Shown here piece after piece: positions 1 to 10,132 of a stretch of DNA of 64,000 bases (positions are counted from its first letter, which is position 1; each line of letters begins with the position of its first letter). This stretch comes from Neocallimastix sp. 'constans' (lineage: Eukaryota): positions 186,001 to 250,000 of the forward strand of contig JBODTK010000141.1 of the NCBI GenBank assembly GCA_050613775.1. Direction: 5' to 3'. The position numbers and the translations under genes were made by a program. Below the pieces are notes generated by a model, which searched no databases, was not told the origin of the DNA, and worked only from the letters and a program-made list of their open reading frames with translations.

Positions 1-1288
1 ATTTCTTAATAATTTAGGTCTTAAATAAATAATTAAATTATGTTTTTATATTTAAATATCTTTAAAGTCCAATATCTCGTTATCTAGTTGTCCAATAAGG
101 TTGATTTTAGCATATGTTGTAGTTCTCGACCGTAGCTTTCCAATGAATATAATTTAGCTGGAAATCTCCATTATTTGTTGAATTATCGTTGTTTTTCTTC
201 ATGTTATTTTTATCAAATTCTAAAGGGTTAAATTAAATTAAATTATCTTTAATAAATAAGTCCAAACCCTTTGGTTTCTAATTCTTTAATGTTTCTAATA
301 TTTATTTTTATAATTAAAATCGAATTAAAATAATTTTTGTCAATAACTAAATTAAATTTCAATTGATCTAATAGTGAATTTTAACTTCAAATCCACTAGT
401 ATTCGTGACACTATTTTTAAATTTGTTGTTTTCACTACTGTTATTACTGTAACGAATACTAAAATTTGATTTATACCTGATATTCTTAATCAACAAAAAT
501 TAAATTTTGTAGAAGTGAATAAGAGGATAAATACTGAATAAAGAAATTTAAAAAAAAATAAATATGTTTTATTATTAAACACAAAATGTTTTATTAAAAA
601 AAATTTATTTTTATTTTAATATTAATCTTTATTTTATTTAATAATTAATTTTGTTTAAATTAATAAAATAATTGTTAAAACTAATAAAATAATAAAAAGA
701 AATATTTATTATTTATACTAATTTATTTTAGATTTTAATAAAATTGATTATTATTAACTAATAAAATATATATAATAATTTATTAAATAATTAATAATCA
801 TACTTTTTGATTATTAAAAATTAATAAAATATCTATAATAATTTATTAAATAATTAATAATAATGAATAATTTATAAGAAATATTTACATGTTTTTATAT
901 TTTTCTTTGATTTTAAACTATTTACATTAAAAATAATAAAATTAATAAAAGAGAAATAAAGAATAATTTATTATTAAATTAATCAATATTTACAATTAAA
1001 ATATTAATAAAGAAGAGTTTTAAAATGTTATTTTAATTTCAATTTGTTTATAAAAGTTGAGTTATAAAATAAATAAAATAATCATTATTTTAAATAAAAG
1101 TAACTTAAAAATTATTTAACTATTTAATTTTAATTTTGAAATGTTTATAAGTTTGTTTATTTGTTATTTATAATTTATTAAATTTTTTTATAAAATTTGT
1201 TTATTATTTTGTTTATTTGTAGTTTTAGAAAAATATTATTTATTAATTTATTTTAGTTTTTAATTAAAATCATTAATGATTAATTAAT

Positions 1289-1623
1289 TTTTAATACACT
1301 GCTTAAATTGATCAATTTCAATTTTATTCTTTAATAATTCCTTTTATTTTTATTTAATAAGAATGATATATTAAAAATATCTTTTTTAGTTAAATTACAT
1401 GTATTAATGTAAGATATAATTTAGTGTTACATTATATTAACGTATTTCGTTATTACTAAACGCCACATTATATGCTATACTATTACATTAATTATAAATT
1501 ATACTAATATTAATTATATATTTATAATTTTATATAAAATCAATATTAAATATATTTATATTATTTATTATAATTTATTATTTATATTTTATTGTTTAAT
1601 AATATTAAACTTTATTTCTAACA
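1289..1623 (-). repeat. 3' LTR of copia C1
   Basis: Direct repeat of 16568-16902. Starts TGTTAG on minus immediately after the PPT (1624-1631). Confidence 0.93.
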
Positions 1624-1644
1624 TTCCTCCTAAAGTTTAATATT

Positions 1645-4056
1645 TTAAACTTTTGTTAATAATTCATTTCTAAATTTTGTCATTAAAGAACTATTTAAAT
1701 ATTTTGTAAAGCCGTCAGCTAAATTATCTTCTGATTTAATATATTCAAGTTTTATTGTATTATTTTTAACTAGTTCTCTTACTTTATGATATCTAAGATC
1801 TATGTGTCTTGATTTTGGATTTATAGTTTCATTTTTAGCATTAAAAATAGTAGCTTGATTATCAATATTGATTATTATATCTTTATAATTTAAATTTAAT
1901 TCTTTAAATAAATTTTTATACCATAAGCATTCTTTTGCGCATTCCACTAAACTATAATATTCACTCTCGGCGGTAGATAAAGATATGCAGTGTTGTGCTT
2001 TCGAATACCAGCTGGTAGGTCCACTTCCAATTAATACCACATGCCCAGACGTTGATTTTCTGGTTTCCTTATCACCAGCAAAATCTGCATCTACAAAAAT
2101 TTTTAATTTATTATTATTTCTGGTATATTTTATGCCATAGTTAGAATTACCTTTTAAATATCTGAATAATTTTAAAACATTATTCCAGTCCTCATAGGTT
2201 GGATTTTCGTTCTTACTCGCAGCCTTGCTTACAGAAAATAATATGTCTGGCCTTGTATTAATTGCTAAGTATAGGAGACTTCCGATGGCTTGTTTGTATA
2301 TAGTGGAATTAAATTTTTTATTTTTCAGGTCTTTTATTTCACTAGGTATAGTGTTATTTGATGGTTTTAAATTATCTGCATTAAATTTACTTAAAATTTC
2401 ACTTACAAATCCTTTTTGATGAATAATATATCCATCATTGCATTTTACAATTTTTATACCTATAATGAAATTAGCTTGACCTAAGTCATTTAATTTATAT
2501 TTATTTTGAATTGATTCTTTTACCTTTTTAATTTCTATATGAGTACCGGTGATTAAAATATCATCAACATATACACCTAATAAACATATTATATTATTAT
2601 ATTTATTCTTTTTTACGTATAAACATGGCTCACTTATTAATCTAGTAAAATTTAATTCTTTTAATGCATTATTTAATTCCTCATTCCACATTCGACTTGA
2701 TTGTTTTAATCCGTATAAGGCTTTATTTATTTTGAGAATACCTTTTCTATACATTTCGTGACCTTCTGGTGCATACATATAAATATTCTCATCTAATTTC
2801 GCATTTAAATATGCAGTCTTTATATCAATTGGATATATGTCATAATTATTAATTGCTGCAATTGCTGTGAGAATTCTTAATGAATTTTGTCTGAGTGTTG
2901 GTGAGAACGTTTCTTTATAATCAATACCTTCTTGTTGTGTGAACCCTCTAGCAACTAGTCTTGCTTTTCTTTTAATAATATTACCTTTGTCATCATATTT
3001 ATATTTAAAAACCCATTTAGGTGTAACTATATTTATTCCCTTAGGAACACCTTTTAATATTGTAAAAACATTTAAATTTTTCATGCTGTTTAATTCATTG
3101 TTGACAGCATCTATCCATTCATCATTATCTTCTTTATTATAAATATCTTTAAAATTGATAGGTTCTAAAGGCTTACATTCTACCACAGACAAACTTTCAA
3201 TTATATCATTAATATTAAATGATTTTAACTTCTTACTATTTGAATTAGAATTTAAATTTGAATTAATTATTTTTCTTTTTCTTTTATTTTTAATTTTAAA
3301 ATTATTTAAATTATTAATTTCATTATTTTTATGAAATTCATTATTAATTTTATAATTTGTGTTATTATTATTTTTATTATTAATTATTATATTATTTTTA
3401 TTATTATTTATTTTTAAATTTAAATTTTGGTCAGAATTGTTATGAATTTCTTTTTGATGATATAAATTTGAATTAGAATTATTAATTTCATTGTCATTGA
3501 CATTAATTTTGTTTAAATTATTATATAAATTAATATTTATATCATTGTTATTGTTATCCTGATAATTTATAATGTTATTATTATTGATGTTGTCTTTGTT
3601 TACATTTTGCAATTTTTGTTTGTTTATATTTGCATTATTAATATTAGGATTATGTTCATTTAAATAATTATTATTTTCATTGTTTAAATTATGTAAATTA
3701 TTATTTTTAATAATGCCTACCTTATCCAAATTACTTACAATGTTTCCATCATTAACATTTTTTAAATTGTTTTTTGAAAAATAATTATTTGTTAAATTGT
3801 TGTTTATTTTATCAATTGAATCAACATTTGAATTGAAGTTTAAATTATTATTGGAATTAATATTTAAAACATTTAAATTATTTAAATTATTATTTAAATT
3901 GTTTTTTAATGAGTAATTATTATAAAAATTATTTAAAATATTTTTATTATATTCATTTAGAGAATTATTATAATTTTCATTTTGAATATAATAATTTGGG
4001 TCAATGGCCGGATTCAACATTTGAAATGGTCGATTGACCTTATAATTTAAAGGCAA
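1645..4056 (-). CDS. copia Pol C-terminal part: Asn-rich linker, reverse transcriptase (RVT_2 type) and RNase H
   Basis: KWVFK..RKARLVARGFTQQEGIDY, DIKTAYLNA, KALYGLKQS, YVDD, DADFAGD, SLSTAESEY, HIDLRYH, NLADGFTK. It is separated from the integrase ORF by a frameshift near 4060-4110. Confidence 0.95.
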   Translation of the reverse strand: MPLNYKVNRPFQMLNPAIDPNYYIQNENYNNSLNEYNKNILNNFYNNYSLKNNLNNNLNNLNVLNINSNNNLNFNSNVDSIDKINNNLTNNYFSKNNLKNVNDGNIVSNLDKVGIIKNNNLHNLNNENNNYLNEHNPNINNANINKQKLQNVNKDNINNNNIINYQDNNNNDININLYNNLNKINVNDNEINNSNSNLYHQKEIHNNSDQNLNLKINNNKNNIIINNKNNNNTNYKINNEFHKNNEINNLNNFKIKNKRKRKIINSNLNSNSNSKKLKSFNINDIIESLSVVECKPLEPINFKDIYNKEDNDEWIDAVNNELNSMKNLNVFTILKGVPKGINIVTPKWVFKYKYDDKGNIIKRKARLVARGFTQQEGIDYKETFSPTLRQNSLRILTAIAAINNYDIYPIDIKTAYLNAKLDENIYMYAPEGHEMYRKGILKINKALYGLKQSSRMWNEELNNALKELNFTRLISEPCLYVKKNKYNNIICLLGVYVDDILITGTHIEIKKVKESIQNKYKLNDLGQANFIIGIKIVKCNDGYIIHQKGFVSEILSKFNADNLKPSNNTIPSEIKDLKNKKFNSTIYKQAIGSLLYLAINTRPDILFSVSKAASKNENPTYEDWNNVLKLFRYLKGNSNYGIKYTRNNNKLKIFVDADFAGDKETRKSTSGHVVLIGSGPTSWYSKAQHCISLSTAESEYYSLVECAKECLWYKNLFKELNLNYKDIIINIDNQATIFNAKNETINPKSRHIDLRYHKVRELVKNNTIKLEYIKSEDNLADGFTKYLNSSLMTKFRNELLTKV

Positions 4057-4111
4057 ATAATAAAAATTTTCATTTATATTTTTATATTGGTCGTTTTGAA
4101 AATTTAATTTA

Positions 4112-6372
4112 TTATTTGGGGTTTAAATTATATTGATTAATATTATTATTAATATATTGATCCGGATAAATTAAATTTTTATTTAAATTATTTTGATCCA
4201 AATTATTTAAATTATTAATATATTCAAAATTATTATTATAATTATAATTCTCTTTATTTTCTTTAATAAAATTATTATTATTAATATTATTATAATTATT
4301 GTTATTATTAAAGGTGTTATCAATATTATTATTATTATTTTTATTATAAGTGTTATTGATATTATTATTATTATTAATATTATTAATATTATTAATATTA
4401 TTAATATTATTAATATTATTAATATTATTGATATTATTATTATTATTATTAATATTATTGAAATCTTCTGAAAGATTATCATCATCCATACTTCCTCCAA
4501 TTTCGTTATAAGGTAAAAAATTGTAAATATCGGGAGGAGATGAAGGTGCAGATAAATTAGCAGGATAATCTTCAAAGAAAACAACGGCCTTTGAAAGTAT
4601 AATTTTATTATTACTTGGATCATAGATACGATAAGCAGATGGATTAGTATCATATCCAAGAAAAATTCCTGAAAAAGTAGAGTTGGCAAATTTATCTCTA
4701 AATTGTTTAGGAATAAAATAGAAGGCTTGACAACCAAAGACTCTAAGTTTAGAATAATCAACCATTTTATTATATAATACCTCAAAGGGCACTTTATTAT
4801 TATTACCTTTATGAGGGAGTCTATTATGAATATAATTAGGAGTATCAATAGCATCTTCCCAAAATTTATGATGGAGTTGTGCATCTTGTAACATTACACG
4901 AGCAGAGAATATTAAGGCTTGTTGAAACCTTTCAGCCTTCCCATTTTGTTGTGGATTATATGGAATACTGTAAAGATTTAATAAAATCTTTAATAATTAA
5001 TTATTACATAATTAATTAATGTAATAAAATTACATAAATTTATGATTTACGTATATGAAAATTAATTATAAATTTATGTAAACTTTTCATAAAGGAAAAA
5101 TTATTATTTAAATAATTTTGGATAATAACTTTAATATAAATAATTTATTTAAGTTAGTTAATTTAGTTTAGTTTATTTAAAATAGTTATTCTATTTAACT
5201 TAGTTAATTTAGTTTAGTTAGTTAAAATACTTTAAAATTAATTTCGGAATAGTTTTAAATAGATAAAATTAGTTTAAATAGTTTATAAAAATAGTTTTGA
5301 ATTGTAAATATATAAACATTAGTATCAATAATATTTATATAATAAATATATAATAAATGAGTTGTTATTGAATTTAATTATTATTGTAAATAAGTTGAAA
5401 GTTTATTGAATTAATTATTGTTTAGTTTAGTTAATTATTATTTAATAAAATTATTAATAAATATTTTGTTTATAAATAAATAGTAATATATGTAAATTAG
5501 ATAGAAATAATATATTATAATGTAATAATGAAAAAATATAAATACATGTAAATTTCTATAATTAAATCGATGTATTAGTTATTGACTATATGATAGTTAA
5601 TAACAAAAAAGAGATTTAATTTTTTTAATTAATAAAGATTATTTTATTTAAAAAAAACGAATTTTTATTACGTGTTCTTTTTTATTTTGGTGTTAAAATT
5701 TGTTATTTGTAATCCGTTTCTGATAGAACTCTTTACAAATACTATATAAGTGTGTAATTCCATTATCATCACAAAAATTATTAAAGTTAACATTATTATA
5801 TTCAGTGCCGTTATCAGTTTTAATATATTTAATATTTTTATTGAAAATATTTTTAATTCATTTGTACCATTTGATGAAGGTACTAAATGCTTCAGATTTA
5901 TTTTTAATAAAGAAAACCCATCCATATCTTGAATAATCATCAAGAATTGTAAAGAAATATTTGTTTCCATGAATAGAGGTATCAGCGCTATATATCGTAT
6001 TCATGTGAATAACATCAAATATTTCAGATGTTTTATTATTAGATGGATAACAAGGGAAATTTTTAAGCTTAGAACATGAACAAACTTTACATTTTTCATC
6101 AACTTTAATATTATCAAGTTTGTTCTTAATATTATTATTATTAAAATGACCTAAACGGCGATGCCAAATGTCATAATTTTCATTTTTATTATTATTATTT
6201 TGTATATCTAAGCTATTACATACAGCATTATTTGATTCAAAATTAAGTTTATTTTTAAAAGATCATATCTTATATGTTTTGATTTATTAGAAGATACGGT
6301 ACATAATCTATTTCCCTTATTATTATAAATTGTAACTAAATTTTTGTTATTTTTTCTATAAAATATAATTTT
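4112..6372 (-). pseudogene. copia integrase (GAG-pre-integrase, rve core, C-terminal), frameshifted and split by solo LTR A
   Basis: WHRRLGHF and CKVCSCSK near 6170-6075. GITHLYSIPYNPQQNG is restored on removing 4969-5742. FWEDAIDT..HNRLPH, LRVFGC, IFLGYD..YRIYD. Confidence 0.9.
4969..5737. mobile_element. Solo LTR A (769 bp) inserted in C1 integrase
   Basis: Termini TGTAAAGA...TCTTTACA (8-bp inverted repeat). Perfect 5-bp TSD AATAC (4964-4968, 5738-5742). Removal rejoins the integrase frame. Confidence 0.9.
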
Positions 6373-6931
6373 GTAATTATAACAAAATATTATAATAAAT
6401 ATAATAACACTCAAAAAAAAACAAAAATTATTTTATTTTTTATTTATTTTTTTTTTTAATTATTTTATTAATTATATTTATTATAATACTATAAGCCGCA
6501 AGGGTTGATATAGTATTAATATTAAAAAAAGTTTTATTAAAAAATTAAGTTTTATTAACTAAACAAAATTAAAATAAAAAACACAAAGAAAAGAATATTT
6601 GTTAATAAGAATTTTACTCATATTTATATTTTTTTCAAAAGTTAAAGTTATTAAAAAATAAAAATAAAAGTTTCTAAAAAGTTCTTAAAAATCGAAAAAT
6701 TTAGAAAAAATAGAAAACAATAGAATTAAGAATTTAATAGAATAAATTTTAATTAATTAAACACAAGAATTATCAAGAAATTCTAGTAATTTCTTGAACT
6801 ATAAAGAATCTTCTAGATATTTTTTAGAATAAAACTATAAAATAATAATAAATGTGAATCGAACCCTAAGTAGTTTGATTCATGGTATTTGTTACTAACA
6901 ACTATACCAGAAATAATATTTTTTAAATTTA

Positions 6932-7418
6932 TGATAAGAATGTACTAAATAATGCATTCTTAATTAAATCTACGATTTATTTCTAATACATTATGTGTAC
7001 ATTATTATTTTTGTACTTTAATAAATTTTTAAATTCAAAGATTAAAAATTAGATCAAAAATTATATTAAACTTTATAATTTTTATATTAAATCTTATATT
7101 AATAGTAATATTTTTATATATTTAAAACTTATATTAACAATATTAATAATAAATCTTATTTTTTTATTTTTATATTAATAATGAAAATTTGTATTAATAA
7201 TATTTTTATATATTGATAATTAAAAATTTATATATTATATTTTAACTTTTATTATAAAATTTTATATCGAAATGTTTTATTTTATATTGAAAAATATTTT
7301 ATTTTATTAAAAACCTTTATATTAGAATAGTATTTTTATTTTTATTTGAATATTTTAACAGATTGTAATAAAAATTTTAGCCAATTAAATAAATTCTTAT
7401 TAGTAATATTTTAGATAG

Positions 7419-7467
<49 letters not shown>

Positions 7468-7792
7468 TATTAATATTATAAATGTATTTTATTTATATTG
7501 TTATAATTAAATTTTATATAATTGATTATAAAAATCAATTTAAATTTAATAGTTTTTATATATAAAAAGAAAAATAATAATAAAATGTAATTTAGTGGCA
7601 AGAACAACTTTTATGCCTTGAAAAAAAAAGTATAAATAGTTGTAAATTTTGCTACTAATTTTTAAATATCATCAAATAAAATAAAATAAAATAAAATAAA
7701 ATCAAATAAATTTATAAATAAAAATAATAAATAAATAAATAAAATTTGTGTTTCCTTACTTTATTTTTATTTAATTCTCTAAAACCTTAACA
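6932..7792 (+). repeat. 5' LTR of G1
   Basis: TGATAAG...CTTAACA; direct repeat of 14109-14969. Confidence 0.96.
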
Positions 7793-7798
7793 TTTATA

Positions 7799-7816
7799 TG
7801 GTGGAGATATCGGGGA
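7799..7816 (+). promoter_or_regulatory. Primer-binding site of G1, probably tRNA-Ala 3' end
   Basis: TGGTGGAGATATCGGGGA lies 6 nt after the LTR. Its reverse complement TCCCCGATATCTCCACCA resembles eukaryotic tRNA-Ala 3' ends (…TCCCCGGCATCTCCACCA). Confidence 0.8.
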
Positions 7817-8816
7817 ATTAAATAGAAATAATAGTAAATAACATAGATTTTTTTTTTAATTTTTTTTTTTATTTTATATTGATAAACAAGTAAGTCGTTA
7901 ATCCTTTGATTAACCCATGGCGCTTGTTTGATATATATATATAAAAAAAAATTTTTTTTAAATAAGTAAAATTAAGATTCTAAAAAAACAAATTTTGTAA
8001 AATTATAACAAGGAGCGGATAGAGCTCATACACAGTGTATTCTCAGATAGCAACAAATTAACTCTATTCATAGTAGGTTATTGAATAGTAGTTAATTTGG
8101 AGATTAATTGGAAAGTAGACGAAGGTATTTGGTTACCGACCCGGTAATAATAGTTCAACCTTCAACGTTTCAACACACGAAGGTGCGGGTACTTTCCAAG
8201 CACTGGCGAATAAGGAGCTTACGTCACCGAAGGCGTAAGATTGTTTTTTTTATATAATTTTTTTTTACTTTTCTTTGTGCTAGTTATAAGGCACTTTATT
8301 ATATAAAGTATCAGACTTTGGCTAACTTCGCCATTTAAATTTTTTTTATTTTTTTTATTACTGGTACTTTATTTGTTATATAATTCCTGTAATAGAATCT
8401 TAATTTACTTTGAAAATATTGTGTTTTTAGTTAATTTTTATTAGTTAATAAAAATATTATTGAATACTTTTAAAATTTTTTTATTCCGTACATAGATTAT
8501 CGGATTAAGTTTATCCTACATAGTAATTGGGCTAGTGGGCTCTGAACTGCTATATTTTATATTGAATATAGTAATCGTGGCACACGCGTGGCATGACACC
8601 ATTAGGTAAGCTGCACGTCAGACAGTGTGTACTATCAGATTGTACGACAATAAAGATTATTTTTTTGTATTTAATAATTATAATTAATTAATAATTTTAT
8701 TAGCTATAACAATACAATATTTATCGTTTAAAAAGAAAAATTTTTGAAAGGTGAAAATAATAAATAAAACTTTGCTTCTAAATTTATTACTACAAATATA
8801 TTAAATTACAAAATTC

Positions 8817-9004
8817 AAGTGGTCGATAAAGATTTCGAGCTTGAAAAATATTCTATTAAGTTGTCGATAAAGATTTCGAACTTAAAATTATTCTATTAAG
8901 TTGTCGATAAAGATTTCGAACTTAAAATTATTCTTAAAAAAGTAGTCGAAAAGAACCTCGTGCTTTATAATTTCTACTAAGTTGTCGATAAGGATTTCGA
9001 GCTT
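8817..9004 (+). repeat. Tandem array of five ~40-bp imperfect palindromic units in the G1 leader
   Basis: Consensus AAGTTGTCGATAAAGATTTCGAACTTAAAATTATTCTATT, with units starting near 8817, 8858, 8898, 8940 and 8979. Confidence 0.85.
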
Positions 9005-9186
9005 ATACTTACTAAAGAAAGCAAATAAAATTATTATTTTCAAAAATTACTAAGATATATTGTTTTAAAATTTGATTCGATATTAAATTACTTGTTAAAT
9101 TATATTTTTAAAGTTGGACTTTCAAATTTATTCGTATTTAATAACCTCGTTAATTTACAATAAAAAAATTATTAACTAAAAACGAA

Positions 9187-10092
9187 ATGTCTACTAAAAG
9201 TACTTTAAGTTTTAAAGAATTAAAGAAAGAATTACGAGACATAGTGAAGCTTAGCAAGGACAATTTAGATATAAAGTCCTGGGCTACTGAATTAAAACTT
9301 TGGATCAAGATACAAGGTATCACAGATCCGGAAACAATATTTAATGCTTGTTTACTTACCAGCTCTGGTGAAGTACAACGCGTTATTGAAGATTTGGGAG
9401 AAGATAGTGATGATGAAAGTGATGATTCATCAGATGAAGAAGAAGATGATGAAGAAGAAAATGTTGATGATGATAAATTTCCTTCTCTTGAAAAAATTAT
9501 TTCAAGTCTTGAAAATTTTTACGGTATTAAAGAAGACCAAAATTTACTTCTTAAAGAACTTCGTGCAATGCGAATTAAAAGAAACGAAAAGATTAAAGAC
9601 TTTAATGTAAGATATAGAACTTTGTACACTAAACTTGATAAAAAGAGAAGAAAGCGCATTGGTGTACTAGATTATATTGACTCTATTCAAAATAATTATG
9701 AAGCCTGGAAGAAATTATCCCTTAAAGATGATATAAGTATGGAGAAAGCTTTCAAAATTGCCGAGAAAGTAGATAGACTTTCTGTAAGGAACAATAATAT
9801 TAATACCTATAATGTTAATAATTCCCAGCATAATCAAAATAATCAAAACAGTACTACTTCAAGACTTTATCCTAAAAGAAGAAACGAAACTTTCCAAACA
9901 AGTCAAACAAATAATAAACTGAAACCTCAAGATATTATAGAAGAATCAACCCAGAAAATGAGAAATTTATCTGTTAAAACTTGCTTCTTCTGTAAGGAAG
10001 AAGGTCATTACTCATACTATTGCCCTCAATTAAATAAGATTATGGAAAAAAATAAAAAAGAAATATATTCCAAAAAGTCTTTAAACTTCTAA
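9187..10092 (+). CDS. gag: G1 Gag with CCHC zinc knuckle
   Basis: 301-aa ORF upstream of pol with CFFCKEEGHYSYYC knuckle and an acidic tract. Confidence 0.92.
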   Translation: MSTKSTLSFKELKKELRDIVKLSKDNLDIKSWATELKLWIKIQGITDPETIFNACLLTSSGEVQRVIEDLGEDSDDESDDSSDEEEDDEEENVDDDKFPSLEKIISSLENFYGIKEDQNLLLKELRAMRIKRNEKIKDFNVRYRTLYTKLDKKRRKRIGVLDYIDSIQNNYEAWKKLSLKDDISMEKAFKIAEKVDRLSVRNNNINTYNVNNSQHNQNNQNSTTSRLYPKRRNETFQTSQTNNKLKPQDIIEESTQKMRNLSVKTCFFCKEEGHYSYYCPQLNKIMEKNKKEIYSKKSLNF

Positions 10093-10132
10093 ATGGGAGC
10101 AGAAGCACTCCCAATGACAAAACAATAGCTTC
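10080..10132 (+). promoter_or_regulatory. -1 programmed ribosomal frameshift signal (slippery heptamer plus predicted pseudoknot)
   Basis: T TTA AAC in gag phase at 10080-10086. The -1 frame is stop-free into the pol ORF. Stem TGGGAG/CTCCCA (10094-10113); loop GAAGC pairs with GCTTC (10128-10132). Confidence 0.85.

Noticed and set aside
1..447. Minus-strand gag-like fragment starting near 201
   Set aside because: It has an early stop, no diagnostic motif and is cut by the window edge.
2225..3142. Short plus-strand ORFs antisense to copia RT (likewise 22068-22959, 24350-25008, 63428-63652)
   Set aside because: They are shadows of TE coding strands with no motifs.
8022..8220. HDV-like ribozyme suggested by CACTGGCGAATAAGG
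   Set aside because: P1, P2 and P3 with the nested pseudoknot could not be assembled, and no hammerhead core was seen either.
8817..9004. CRISPR array
   Set aside because: The linkers are short and near-identical rather than unique spacers, there are no cas genes, and it lies inside a retrotransposon leader.
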